Shown: positions 20,189-30,362, numbered from the stretch's first letter. The stretch: 64,000 nucleotides of DNA from an uncultured Verrucomicrobiota bacterium (GCA_949285835.1 CASEAR010000044.1:3248-67247); one strand, 5' to 3'. Translations and numbers: made by a program. Notes: generated from the letters alone by a model not told the origin.

Positions 20189-21294
20189 CGGGAATGGATG
20201 ACTGGCGCCGGCAGTATGCTTCGCGTATTACTTCGCCGGGCGATCTGGCGGAATATCTCGGTATTCCATGTCCCTCGTCGGGTTGTTTTGCCGCATCCAG
20301 AATGTTTCCAATGGCAGTAACGCCATACTATGCCTCTCTTATACGCTTTCCGGTGGAGACGGATCCTGTTTTTCTTCAGTGTATGCCTTCAGGGTACGAA
20401 TTGCACAATCCGCCATGGCTTACGGAAGATCCGCTTGGAGAGGTACCATGCAGCATAGCCGGCAGACTGGTGCATCGTTACAGGGACAGGGCACTGATAA
20501 TTGCGACGTCGGAGTGTGCTTCATACTGCAGGCACTGCACTCGAAAACGCGTTTCATCACGAACGGCGCCACATATAACCGAACGGGAACTTGATGAATG
20601 TGCAAAATACCTGAAGCATCATCCCGAGATAGATGATGTTCTCGTGTCTGGAGGGGATCCGCTGCTGCTGGAAGACGGCGTCATCTGTATGATCCTTGAA
20701 CGCATCAGATCGGTGGCTTCTGTGAAAGCGATACGCATTGCTACACGCGCCCCAGTGACCATTCCCATGCGTATTACCGCAGAATTGGTGTCGGCATTGT
20801 CCGGGGTTAAGCCAATCTATGTGAATACACATTTTAATCATGTCAATGAGCTTACAGATTGCGCCATTGAAGCTTGTTCAAAACTTGTTGACGCCGGAAT
20901 TCCCGTGGCGAATCAGACGGTGCTCCTGCGCGGGGTAAACGATACGGCGGGGGCAATTGAGGCCTTGTGCAGAAAACTTTTTCATAACAGGATTCGTCCG
21001 TATTATCTCTTTCAATGTGACTTGGTGCGAGGGGTGGAGCATTTCAGGACTCCACTCGACACGGGGTTGGACATTATGAGAAATTTGCGAGGACGTCTCA
21101 GCGGTATGGCGATTCCGAATTTTGCTGTGGACTTCCCGGGGAAATCCGGCAAGATAGAGCTGCTGCCGCAGTATATTGTGGAGCGAACAGGAGATAGAAC
21201 CGTGTTTACCGGCAACAACGGTGAAACCGTAAGTTATCCTGAACCGGAGACCGGGTGGACGTCATGCAGTGGCATGTTTGAAGAACAGGGATGA
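20185..21294 (+). CDS. lysine 2,3-aminomutase-family radical SAM protein (KamA/EpmB-like)
   Basis: CxxxCxxC radical-SAM motif CASYCRHCTRKR and KamA-family colinearity. The ATG overlaps the transporter stop (ATGA). Confidence 0.8.
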   Translation: MTGMDDWRRQYASRITSPGDLAEYLGIPCPSSGCFAASRMFPMAVTPYYASLIRFPVETDPVFLQCMPSGYELHNPPWLTEDPLGEVPCSIAGRLVHRYRDRALIIATSECASYCRHCTRKRVSSRTAPHITERELDECAKYLKHHPEIDDVLVSGGDPLLLEDGVICMILERIRSVASVKAIRIATRAPVTIPMRITAELVSALSGVKPIYVNTHFNHVNELTDCAIEACSKLVDAGIPVANQTVLLRGVNDTAGAIEALCRKLFHNRIRPYYLFQCDLVRGVEHFRTPLDTGLDIMRNLRGRLSGMAIPNFAVDFPGKSGKIELLPQYIVERTGDRTVFTGNNGETVSYPEPETGWTSCSGMFEEQG

Positions 21295-22583
21295 ACAAGC
21301 TGTTTAAGGTGGACAAAAAGCTTTCGCCTTTGTGGCGTTATTCTTCGATCCTCTTTATTGTGCAGAGGCTTGGAGATGTCATAAACGCTTACATTGCGCT
21401 GTTTCTTGTGCCGCGGTATGTCCCGAAGGATGAGCTTGGCGCCGTGTTGCCGCTTCTTCAGGTGAGCGTCATTATCGGAATGCCGGTCTCTGTGCTGATT
21501 TATCCGTTTGGAAAGGTGCTGAATGCCTTCTCGGTCAGAAATGAACTTGGCAAAGTAAAGCGCCTCTTGAGGGATACCCTAGTTTTTTCTTTTGTTGTTT
21601 TCGTGGCGGCATCAATTCTGTCGGCTGTGTTCCTCCCGAAAATAATCAGCCGTATGCGTATTGAGAATGGGCGTCTTGCGTATTTTGTCGTCATAACAGG
21701 AATTGTCTGTGCCCTGTCTCCCGTCTTTACTACAGCGCTGCAGGCGTTGAGATCTTTCGGTACGATATATGCGGTGTCTTTTGGGCAATCAGTACTGCGT
21801 CTCTTAATTATGCTCGTTACGTTGCCAATTCGCGGTATTACCGGGTATTTTTCCGCGCAGTCGGCTACCGGGTTGTTTTCAATTGTGTCGTCAAGTGCCG
21901 CTCTTTACCGAAAGTACTTCCGGAATACGGAATATGCTCAGTACTCTCATGACGACAAAATGATGTTCATAAGATGGCTGATTCCGGTGGCAGTGTCTTC
22001 AGTTGTTTTTAATACGCAGACCATGGTTGAAATGTGGTCTATAAGGGGCCTGCCTGAAATACAGTCCGCCGCATATTATCACATAACGAGACTTTCTGAG
22101 ATTGTGACGTATATGGGAGGGTCCGTAATGTTCGTTCTCTTCCCGATAGCCTCTGCGAAATATGAAAACGGCGGTATTCCGAATTCAGAGATGCGCCAGT
22201 CGGTTTTTGTGACATTTCTGTCTGGCGCTGCGGTGGCCGTTTTTTTCTTTTTTGCAGGCCCTTTCTTGATGCGATTTGTTTCGATTTGGAAAAGCTACTC
22301 GTCATATGCGCACTGTCTGCCAATATTAACTCTCGTCGCGGCATTTCGTGTGGGTATGGGCTGTTTCACAACATGCCGTGTGGCATGCGGTAATTTTCGG
22401 CATTTATTTTTCACGATCCCGATTTCTTTGTGTGAATCTGCCGTGCTGATACTTATACCTCAGTTGTCCGATTCTCTTGCCCGGATATCGCTGACGATGC
22501 TGCTTTTTGCCGCGGCTTCTCCGATTGCCGCCGTTATTGTCTCGTATGGGCGGGGTCGCAAGCCTGAACGTTTGAGCTATTGA
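21291..22583 (+). CDS. MOP-superfamily (Wzx/MurJ-like) polysaccharide/lipid flippase-like membrane protein
   Basis: 430 aa with about 12 TM segments. A 4-bp overlap with the kamA-like gene implies co-transcription. The family call rests on topology only. Confidence 0.45.
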   Translation: MNKLFKVDKKLSPLWRYSSILFIVQRLGDVINAYIALFLVPRYVPKDELGAVLPLLQVSVIIGMPVSVLIYPFGKVLNAFSVRNELGKVKRLLRDTLVFSFVVFVAASILSAVFLPKIISRMRIENGRLAYFVVITGIVCALSPVFTTALQALRSFGTIYAVSFGQSVLRLLIMLVTLPIRGITGYFSAQSATGLFSIVSSSAALYRKYFRNTEYAQYSHDDKMMFIRWLIPVAVSSVVFNTQTMVEMWSIRGLPEIQSAAYYHITRLSEIVTYMGGSVMFVLFPIASAKYENGGIPNSEMRQSVFVTFLSGAAVAVFFFFAGPFLMRFVSIWKSYSSYAHCLPILTLVAAFRVGMGCFTTCRVACGNFRHLFFTIPISLCESAVLILIPQLSDSLARISLTMLLFAAASPIAAVIVSYGRGRKPERLSY

Positions 22584-23465
22584 TTCGGCATGCAAAGCAT
22601 GGGCGCTTTGCCGGGAACATTTTTTTGAAACTGCGCGGCTTTATTGCCCGGTATTCGGGCCGTGCAACTACCTCATATCCATTTGTCAAACAGGCAGCTG
22701 CACCACAATGATTTTGGGGCGCTCAGTTTGTTGTTGAGACGGCGGGACGTGCAGAGCTGCCGCGTAAAGTGCGCTCCGGCTCAGGGTCGCGGCCGTACAC
22801 CGCGGCGAACAGGTATGGTAACCGCGCAGAGCTGCCGTCATGCCTTTGTCCTTTGCGCTTGTATCCGGAATCCTGAGTCAAATTGTCCATCCGGGAATCC
22901 TGCATCTCATAAATGTTCTTTCTGCGCTTCTTCGCATCAATTCTTTTATCATTCCATTCAGTAGAACCTTTTCCTAAGACATGTTTTGATGCTTCCCCTG
23001 TCGATCTTTGTTCTGGCGGAAAACCTCGGGAGAAGTCCAGAGTTGAAAAACATCGTACCTTATCCATGGTGCGGCGGGATGCCTTGTATATGGTGGGCGC
23101 TCACATATGCAAGATCGAGCTGACGGCTGAACTTTGTCGTTTAATACTTGCCGTTGTTTCTGTCAGTGAGACGATTTATCGCAGCAATTTTTTTAGCGTT
23201 ATGCTTCAGCGCCGTTGTTTTGCCGGCGGGTTGCATCTTATGCATTGACTTGGGTGCGGTTTTTCAACGCTTCCCCTGTTGAGGCACGGAAAACAGTATG
23301 ATTTCCCAAGACCGAACTAAAAAAACTTAACAGGCGGCAACTTAACGTGCGGCCGCTGCAACATACTTGGCAAGCAGGGAAAGTCATCTCCGTATTACAG
23401 AATGTTTGACGCAGATTTTACCATATGTTTCACTGGCGCACGCATCCCGCTCGCAAGCGTCGTTT

Positions 23466-25856
23466 TTACATGAACCTGATCTTGTGGTGGTTCCCCATGA
23501 TTCGAAAACTCCAGAATACAGCCGCAAGCAGTATTACTGGGAATGCTGTCCACAGGAGACTGTGGTTTACCGTTATCTGATAAAACAGTGTGGCGACACT
23601 CCACCCGAGAATTGTCTGATAAGTCATCAGTACGAAACCATACAATTTCCCAAGTTCCCTGAATGCCGCTCCCATCGCGGCAAGACACGGCATATACAAG
23701 AGTATGAAAAGAAGATACGAAAACACTTGGAGATTTCCCCGCGGAAATTTGTCATGCATACTGCTGAACACCGATACATCGTCATCGGGAATGTCCTGAC
23801 TGCTGTTTGAAGCGGCAGAACTTACATTTGATTTCGCAGTAAAATGCGTAAAAATTCCCTTAATCCCTTCGGGAACGGAGCGCATCGCATCGCCGATCCC
23901 TTTAAGCAGACTGTATTCTGAATCTTTCGAGTCCGTCGTGGCCAATGGAGACAGAAAAGCGTCATTTTGCCCGTAAAGTCCTGTTAATGTGCCAATTACC
24001 GATTCCTTAGCGAACAGTCCGGAGAAAATCGCTACAGTAGCAGGCCAATTGTCCTTCTCCACACCCATGGGTTCGAAAACCGGGGTGATAAATTTTCCGG
24101 CGCAGGAGAGCAGTGAGTTTTCTGTGCCGGCATTTCCGATGGAGCCGTCCTTTCCGACGGTGTTCAGCACTCCCAATATCAATACCATTGGCACAATGAC
24201 TTTTCCGGCGCGGAATATAAAGACCTTCAGTCTGTCCCAGGAATGAAGAATTATATGTTTCATCCTTGGCATGTGGTATGGAGGCAGTTCCATTATAAAA
24301 TGTGACGGCTCGCCGAAGAACAGCGTTTTTTTAAGAATTAACCCGGTTATTACGCCTATGATTATTCCGCTTGCATACATCAAAAATATAAGTTTAGCGG
24401 GATTTTCAGGAAAGAAAGCAGCTGCGAAAACGACCCATACCGGCACTTTTGCGCTGCACGACATGAATGGAATCATGAATATAGTGAGGAACCGGTCGCG
24501 TTTGCTCTCGAGGGTACGCGTTGCCATTATTGCAGGGACGGAGCATCCGAAGCCGACGATTAACGGCACAAAAGATTTTCCCGGCAGGCCAAGCCATGTC
24601 ATGAACTTGTCCATGACGAAAGCCGCTCGTGCCATATATCCTGAGTCTTCCAGAATGGAAAGGCAGAAGAACATAAGGAATATAGTCGGAAGGAATGTTC
24701 CCATAGTCTGCAGTCCGGCTCCGAGACCGTCTGCGAGAAGGGCAACAACGTATCCGGGGGCATCAACTGAACGCAGGAGTTCCCTCGTGCCGTCCACAAA
24801 CAGAGTGCCGCCCAGAATGTCGAAAAAGTCAATGAACGCGCTGCCAACGACTTGTGTTATCCAGAACACAACGTACATTACCAGAAGGAAACACGGGATT
24901 CCAAGCCACCTGTTCAAGATAACTTTGTCCACTCTTTGTGAAAAGAACTCGTGTTTTCTGGCCTTGGATACCACATCGCGGCACAATCCGTTGATAACTC
25001 CGTATCTGGAATTTGCAAGGACTTCGTCTGGAAATTCTTTGAGGACATTTTCGATTCGGTGTCTCGCCGCCGACACGTCCTCAGCGGATACAGAGCCATC
25101 TTTCTCAATTTTTGAACATGCAATAGGATCGCCTTCAAGCAGCCGCAGTGCAAAGATGCGTTCCGGGAGGTGCATATCCCTTGCCGCTGCTGAGCATTTG
25201 GCTGCAAGCGTTTCTGCCTCAGATTCCACTTCGTTGGGATACTCGATTTTGAACTGCGGCAGCGTCGGCGCTTGCAGGGAGGATTCCAGGAACATTATCA
25301 TGTCGTTTACATTGCCGATGTTATTGGCCGGTGCTTCATGAACATTTGTTCCGCGCAGCTCGTTGAACCATTTTGTCAGTGCACTGGGTCCCTGCGAGTT
25401 CGCATTCACGCCTATAACCGGGAATCCTATGTGCTTGGACAAGTGTCCCAAATCTATAGCCAGACCCCGTTCCTCAACGATGTCCATCATTGTGACGACC
25501 ATCGCCATAGGTTTTCCCAGTTCAGCAAGCAGGGAAGACAGGTACAGATTGCGTTCTATGTTTGTGCCGTCCACAACATTCACAAACAAGTCTGCGTTGC
25601 CCGACAGAATGTACTCTACAGCAACCCTCTCGTCCTCACTTGATGGCATAAGTGAGTATATGCCTGGCAGATCGACAACGTTCACTTCCTCGTTGTCGTG
25701 CGTCGTAAAGGTGCCTTCTTTTTTTTCAACCGTTACGCCAGCCCAGTTGCCGACATATTGTTTAGCTCCGGTGAGTGCATTAAATACCGTTGTTTTTCCG
25801 CAGTTGGGGTTTCCGACAAGTGCTATCGTACGTTTATTCATGCCGTCCTTGCTCAT
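23466..25856 (-). CDS. feoB: ferrous iron transporter FeoB
   Basis: 796 aa. N-terminal G-domain IALVGNPNCGKTTVFNALTG followed by a polytopic membrane domain. Confidence 0.9.
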   Translation of the reverse strand: MSKDGMNKRTIALVGNPNCGKTTVFNALTGAKQYVGNWAGVTVEKKEGTFTTHDNEEVNVVDLPGIYSLMPSSEDERVAVEYILSGNADLFVNVVDGTNIERNLYLSSLLAELGKPMAMVVTMMDIVEERGLAIDLGHLSKHIGFPVIGVNANSQGPSALTKWFNELRGTNVHEAPANNIGNVNDMIMFLESSLQAPTLPQFKIEYPNEVESEAETLAAKCSAAARDMHLPERIFALRLLEGDPIACSKIEKDGSVSAEDVSAARHRIENVLKEFPDEVLANSRYGVINGLCRDVVSKARKHEFFSQRVDKVILNRWLGIPCFLLVMYVVFWITQVVGSAFIDFFDILGGTLFVDGTRELLRSVDAPGYVVALLADGLGAGLQTMGTFLPTIFLMFFCLSILEDSGYMARAAFVMDKFMTWLGLPGKSFVPLIVGFGCSVPAIMATRTLESKRDRFLTIFMIPFMSCSAKVPVWVVFAAAFFPENPAKLIFLMYASGIIIGVITGLILKKTLFFGEPSHFIMELPPYHMPRMKHIILHSWDRLKVFIFRAGKVIVPMVLILGVLNTVGKDGSIGNAGTENSLLSCAGKFITPVFEPMGVEKDNWPATVAIFSGLFAKESVIGTLTGLYGQNDAFLSPLATTDSKDSEYSLLKGIGDAMRSVPEGIKGIFTHFTAKSNVSSAASNSSQDIPDDDVSVFSSMHDKFPRGNLQVFSYLLFILLYMPCLAAMGAAFRELGKLYGFVLMTYQTILGWSVATLFYQITVNHSLLWTAFPVILLAAVFWSFRIMGNHHKIRFM

Positions 25857-26083
25857 ATAACGTTGACCTCTACAACAGACGCTTCCGTTTTTCGCAGAGA
25901 CAGGTGAAATCCTCTGAGTTCAATCTCAACCGGATCACCAAGCGGAGCTTGATTTATCACCTTTATGACAGTACCTCGTGTCATGCCCAGAGCAAGAAGT
26001 TTTGCCCGGTAAGAAGCGCTGCCTTGTCTATAACCAACAATTTTTGCCTGCATCCCAGGCGTCAGGTCATTGATCGTGTTCAC
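25853..26083 (-). CDS. feoA: FeoA family protein
   Basis: 76 aa SH3-like FeoA (MQAKIVGYRQGSASYRAKLLALGMTRGTVIKV). 4-bp overlap with feoB. Confidence 0.8.
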   Translation of the reverse strand: MNTINDLTPGMQAKIVGYRQGSASYRAKLLALGMTRGTVIKVINQAPLGDPVEIELRGFHLSLRKTEASVVEVNVI

Positions 26084-26099
26084 GTTTATTTCTCAAACT

Positions 26100-26119
26100 C
26101 ACATACCGTATGTGTACAC
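26100..26119 (-). promoter_or_regulatory. overlapping perfect palindromes (cacataccgtatgtg and gtgtacac) in the feoA 5' leader
   Basis: Seen in the sequence 17-36 nt upstream of the feoA GTG start. Could be an operator or an RNA hairpin. It does not resemble a canonical Fur box. Confidence 0.3.
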
Positions 26120-26620
26120 CGAACACACGAATTCACGCAAATCCGCACGACGATACACCTTTATGTGTCTTGATGTCAACGCAGAACGGTATGCATCGCG
26201 GGTAAACTAAAAAAATCACGCAGCGGTGTTCTCAGCCATCGGCATGCTTCTCTCCGGAGATGTGAAGTGCGGGAAATCAATCACCGCAGATAACGTGTGC
26301 GGGTTACTTTGTCGCAAGGAGATCTGCGAACTGCTCGCAAGAACCCACCCCGGGGATGAACTGTACTACACGCCTACGGCGCACGGGAATTTTGCTACGT
26401 TGAAAACGCCAACTGTATGTTGCGGCACTTCTGCCCGAAAGGCTCAGTCTTAAATGAACTCCCGCACGGCGCCATTCGAAATTTTGAGACTTAATCAACT
26501 CGACACGCAGGATCTTCCCGATGAACGAAATAACAGCTGTACAGTCATACCGCATGGTTTCATGAAAACAGTTCCTTTCAACTCGCATTTCACCGTTTAT
26601 GTTTGAAGAATACTTTATGA

Positions 26621-26683
26621 TTGACCGAGTGTGCGCATTTTTGCTAAATTGTCGTTCAAACGGCGTATTCGTAGTGAACGAAT
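26621..26683 (+). promoter_or_regulatory. putative sigma70-type promoter (TTGACC, 17-18 bp spacer, TGcTAAATT) followed by a 17-bp palindrome attcgtagtgaacgaat just upstream of the beta-barrel gene
   Basis: Sequence match to the -35/-10 consensus with an extended -10. The palindrome 26667-26683 sits between the promoter and the ATG at 26703. Confidence 0.35.
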
Positions 26684-26702
26684 CAGGTTTAAGGATCAGC
26701 CA

Positions 26703-28022
26703 ATGAAAAAAATCAATGTCTCGGTTTTTGCTGCTGCGGTTTTGGCTTTGGCAGTATCTTCGTCTTTGGCGATAGCTCTGGCGGAGTCTTCGAACAATCC
26801 ATTCGGTTTGTCCGTCAGTGTCGGTGTTTTAAGAACCGACAATCGCGATCAGATTGAAGACGGGATTATAGTAAATGACAAGCGCATAGAAAAGGACGAT
26901 GACACCGAAATTTCGGTGTCTGCCAAGATCTCGTACGATCACATGCTGCCCGGACGCTACATGATAAAGTTGTCGTATGAGCCATTCTACACATATTACG
27001 ATAATCCGCGTCCGAATTCCGAAGAGGAGGAGTGGTCGCACAATTTCAACGGCCGGTTTACTTATTTCTGGGGTGATCGTGCGAGCATAACACTGAAAGA
27101 CGACTACTGGTGGAGCGGCAACAGCGACTGGTACTACGGTGATGATTACGAGTATCTGAAAAATATGGACGATTCCTGGTCTGAGAGAAGCGATGACTAT
27201 TACGAGAATCGTTTTTCCGGTGACTTGGTTTATAACCTCTCCGAGGTGGACTACACGGTTTTGTCCTCCAAGTGGAGGGTCAAGCGTTACGACGACAGCG
27301 AGGTCGCGAGCAGTAATGATGAGGATGAGTTCAATGTTCGGCTGGCTTTGATGCGCAAGCTTTCCAGGTTTTTCCAGCTTGGCATATTTGCTGACTACAC
27401 GATGTTTGACAAGGACAGCGTAAATGACATTGATCTTGGCGTAGACTATGTCACTGTGGGTTTTCAGGGTGGCTATGATGTGTTCGGCGATCAGGCGCTG
27501 GTCATCAATGGCAGCATCGGCTACAACATGATGTCGTATGATGACAGCGACATGGATGACAAGGACATGCTCGGTGATTCTTCTCTTGAGCTTGTGTTTA
27601 CACCGCAGACAAGATTCAGAGGAAGCGTAGGATTGCGGTACGGAAATGTGTATTCCACAACTTATCCGTTTACGTCTGAGGACACGCTCGCGGTTTTCGG
27701 TACAGCAAGGTATATCCTTGGCAGCAACAATAGGTTTGCCGTCGGCGGACAGGTTGAATACCGCATGCGTGATTATGACCTTGAAGACTTGGATCCGGAT
27801 GTGGAAGAGGTTTCGGAGTATTATATGTCCCGGGAAGAACTTGCGTCGCGGTATGGAGATGCTAATCGTGACAGCATATGGCTTCGTCTTTACGTGGACT
27901 GTCACATAACATCATCAATGGATGCGACAGTGTTTTATACTCATGAGAGCGTGGACTCTAATTTTTGTTCAGAATATGACGAGAACATATTTGGTGTAAG
28001 GCTCTCGTACAAGTTTCTGTAA
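26703..28022 (+). CDS. exosortase/PEP-CTERM-system-associated outer-membrane beta-barrel protein
   Basis: Signal peptide MKKINVSVFAAAVLALAVSS. The sequence alternates amphipathic strands, is rich in D/Y/W, and ends with a C-terminal aromatic (..RLSYKFL). It heads a cluster with Wzz-BYK, Wza-like and amidotransferase genes. Confidence 0.6.
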   Translation: MKKINVSVFAAAVLALAVSSSLAIALAESSNNPFGLSVSVGVLRTDNRDQIEDGIIVNDKRIEKDDDTEISVSAKISYDHMLPGRYMIKLSYEPFYTYYDNPRPNSEEEEWSHNFNGRFTYFWGDRASITLKDDYWWSGNSDWYYGDDYEYLKNMDDSWSERSDDYYENRFSGDLVYNLSEVDYTVLSSKWRVKRYDDSEVASSNDEDEFNVRLALMRKLSRFFQLGIFADYTMFDKDSVNDIDLGVDYVTVGFQGGYDVFGDQALVINGSIGYNMMSYDDSDMDDKDMLGDSSLELVFTPQTRFRGSVGLRYGNVYSTTYPFTSEDTLAVFGTARYILGSNNRFAVGGQVEYRMRDYDLEDLDPDVEEVSEYYMSREELASRYGDANRDSIWLRLYVDCHITSSMDATVFYTHESVDSNFCSEYDENIFGVRLSYKFL

Positions 28023-28037
28023 AGTTGCTGCATATGG

Positions 28038-28060
28038 GACGCCGTGGTGTTTTCGGCGTC
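28038..28060 (+). terminator. GC-rich hairpin (gacgccg..cggcgtc) after the beta-barrel gene; no U-tract
   Basis: 7-bp perfect stem seen in the sequence. May act as an attenuator or terminator. Confidence 0.25.
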
Positions 28061-28167
28061 AGTTGGGTAAATATGATGCCGCGGTGACGTGTAATCTCAG
28101 GATTGCATCTGTCTGCGGCATCGTTTAATTAAACAGACGTTAGTTGTTCTAGATACGGTAAAGGCAT

Positions 28168-30324
28168 ATGGCGGAGAATATTGGTCAGAACGGCGGACTG
28201 AACGTACAGGCGGGCGTTCATGAGCAGGCGGAGAGCGTACATTTTCTTGACTATTGGCAGATGTTGTATGGACGAAAAGAAATAGTCATTGCCGTTTCTC
28301 TGATTATGTTTGTTTCCGGTATTTTTATAACGAGGAGCATGCCGAGGGTTTATGCGGCAAGCACGCTTGTTGAAATTCAGAGAGAAACAACGAATCTTGA
28401 TGTTTTCGGAACTACAATATCAAGGTACGATCCGTTTTTCCTCAAGACCCAGTTTGAGATAATAAAGTCTGATCCGATTATTGAGCAGGTGGTCCGGAAT
28501 TTGCGTTTCGATGAAATACTTGGTTCTGCGACGGGATGGAGCGCCAACAGCAGTCAAGCGGCTGTTTTCGACAGAACTGTCAAGTACGTGCAGGGGAACC
28601 TGCAGCTCGATATTTTGCGAGATACTCAGCTTGTTTCAATTACGATGAAATTAAGCGAGCCGAAAAATGAGGCTCCGCAATATGCTGTCAGACTGGTCAA
28701 TGAGGTTGCAAGGGTTTTCATGAACTGGACTCATGAGCGCGGGCTTGAGCAGAAGGAGCAAGGGCTGGAGACCTTGCGCGAAGAGATTGTGGAGGTGGAC
28801 AGGCAAATTTCTCAGAATGAGGACAAACTCGCGGAGATGCGTGCAAAGTACGGAATTACTGCGCTGTCAGATATTGACGCCGGTACTGCGTCCGTACGCT
28901 CGCAGATCTCGCAGCTTATGCCGGAGCGTATTCGCGCGGAAATGACGGCAAAAATCAAAGAGGCTAAGTATTCTCGTATCTTTGATTTGTCTACGGATGA
29001 AGCTGTGGCGGCGATTACCAGCATACTGAATGATTCATCCCTGTCTCCATTGGTTTCAGAGAAGCAGCGTCTGGAAATAATAGAACAGAAGAACGCAGAG
29101 GAATATGGGGAAAACCATCCGGAAGTTGTTCAGACGAAGGCGTTGCTGACGGCTGTGAACGGTAAGATAGAAGAGCGTGTCAACGAGATTAAGCAGGCGC
29201 TGCGGATGGATTATGAAATTGCTAAGCAGGAAGTGAACATAATAAACGGAAGACTCAAGGAAATGGAGGATGCAGAAAGGGAGCTTTCATCTGGTATATC
29301 TCTCGATTTTCAGAAGGCGATGACGGAATTACAGGCGCTCAAAGAACGCAAACTTATGCTCGAAGAGAGTCTTGTCCGGGAAAAGATGAAGATGAAGGCG
29401 GTGTCTACGAGTGTCCAGATCATACAACCGGCCAAAGATACGGAGAATCCGCTCCCTGTCAGTCCGAATTTCGCGTTGAATGTTATGCTGAGCCTCTTCA
29501 TCGGTTTGTTTTTTGGTGTTGTCATAGCGTTCTTTGTTGAATATCTTGACACGACGATCAAGTCGGTTACGGATCTTGAGAGATATCTTTCTGTTCCTGC
29601 CATAGGCATTGTCCCGCAAAAGATGCGATCACTGAATGATCCCGCGGCGCGTACGAAACATTCTGAGGTTTACCGCATAGTAAGAATGAACCTTAAATCT
29701 TCGAAGTCGCTTGGTGACGGCAAGGTCATTGTGATAACGAGTGCCGGTGCCGGTGAAGGAAAGAGCATGACGGCATTCAATTTGTCGTATGTGTGTGCAG
29801 AGATGGGTGAACGGGTTTTGCTTATTGACTGCGACTTCCATCGTCCGAGGCTGAACAAAATCTTGAATCTCCCGCGCGATCCTGGGTTGTGCAATGTAAT
29901 TGTCGGGGAGTCCGAGCTGGACGATACGATACACAAGGGCGTCGCGCAGAATTTGGATTTTATTTCATCTGGCCATTTGTCTACAGTTGGCGTATATGGT
30001 CTTGTTGATACGGATGAGATGCGTTCCGTTCTGGAATTTGCAAAGAGTAACTACGATCGAGTGATAATAGACGCTCCGCCTATAGTAGGCGTTTCTGATT
30101 CTTCTCAAATAGTTCGTATTTCCGACGGGGTAATAATGGTGGTTCAACATCGTAAATATCCGCGTTCCCTTTGCAAACGGGCCAAGGACACGATCGTCAG
30201 TATGGGAGGCAATCTCATTGGGTGTGTCCTCAACAACATCGATGTTTCCAAAGATTATTCGTCTTATTACTACAATAGCCAATACTACTACTATTATTCA
30301 TATCAAAACGATGCTGAGGCGTGA
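28168..30324 (+). CDS. polysaccharide chain-length determinant fused to a BY-family tyrosine autokinase (Wzc/EpsB-like, PEP-CTERM locus type)
   Basis: N-terminal Wzz-like region with a TM segment, a long coiled-coil and a second TM. C-terminal Walker A SAGAGEGKS and a terminal Tyr cluster YSSYYYNSQYYYYYSY. Confidence 0.8.
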   Translation: MAENIGQNGGLNVQAGVHEQAESVHFLDYWQMLYGRKEIVIAVSLIMFVSGIFITRSMPRVYAASTLVEIQRETTNLDVFGTTISRYDPFFLKTQFEIIKSDPIIEQVVRNLRFDEILGSATGWSANSSQAAVFDRTVKYVQGNLQLDILRDTQLVSITMKLSEPKNEAPQYAVRLVNEVARVFMNWTHERGLEQKEQGLETLREEIVEVDRQISQNEDKLAEMRAKYGITALSDIDAGTASVRSQISQLMPERIRAEMTAKIKEAKYSRIFDLSTDEAVAAITSILNDSSLSPLVSEKQRLEIIEQKNAEEYGENHPEVVQTKALLTAVNGKIEERVNEIKQALRMDYEIAKQEVNIINGRLKEMEDAERELSSGISLDFQKAMTELQALKERKLMLEESLVREKMKMKAVSTSVQIIQPAKDTENPLPVSPNFALNVMLSLFIGLFFGVVIAFFVEYLDTTIKSVTDLERYLSVPAIGIVPQKMRSLNDPAARTKHSEVYRIVRMNLKSSKSLGDGKVIVITSAGAGEGKSMTAFNLSYVCAEMGERVLLIDCDFHRPRLNKILNLPRDPGLCNVIVGESELDDTIHKGVAQNLDFISSGHLSTVGVYGLVDTDEMRSVLEFAKSNYDRVIIDAPPIVGVSDSSQIVRISDGVIMVVQHRKYPRSLCKRAKDTIVSMGGNLIGCVLNNIDVSKDYSSYYYNSQYYYYYSYQNDAEA

Positions 30325-30362
30325 GGACTGTTTCCTGTAATTATCATGGCGGTGGACATTAA

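Noticed and set aside
24271-25341. 356-aa ORF on the plus strand inside feoB
   Set aside because: It is antisense to feoB, which has an unambiguous G-domain and membrane domain. The translation is Ser/Arg-rich with no motifs.
27000-27600. Possible CRISPR or tandem repeats suggested by recurring gacgac/gatgac strings
   Set aside because: These are codon-level Asp repeats inside the OMP coding sequence, not spaced direct repeats. I found no CRISPR-like repeat-spacer architecture anywhere in the window.
26829-27905. 358-aa ORF on the minus strand
   Set aside because: It is antisense to the beta-barrel OMP gene. The Asp/Tyr codon bias of the OMP gene keeps the opposite frame open. There is no start context or motif.
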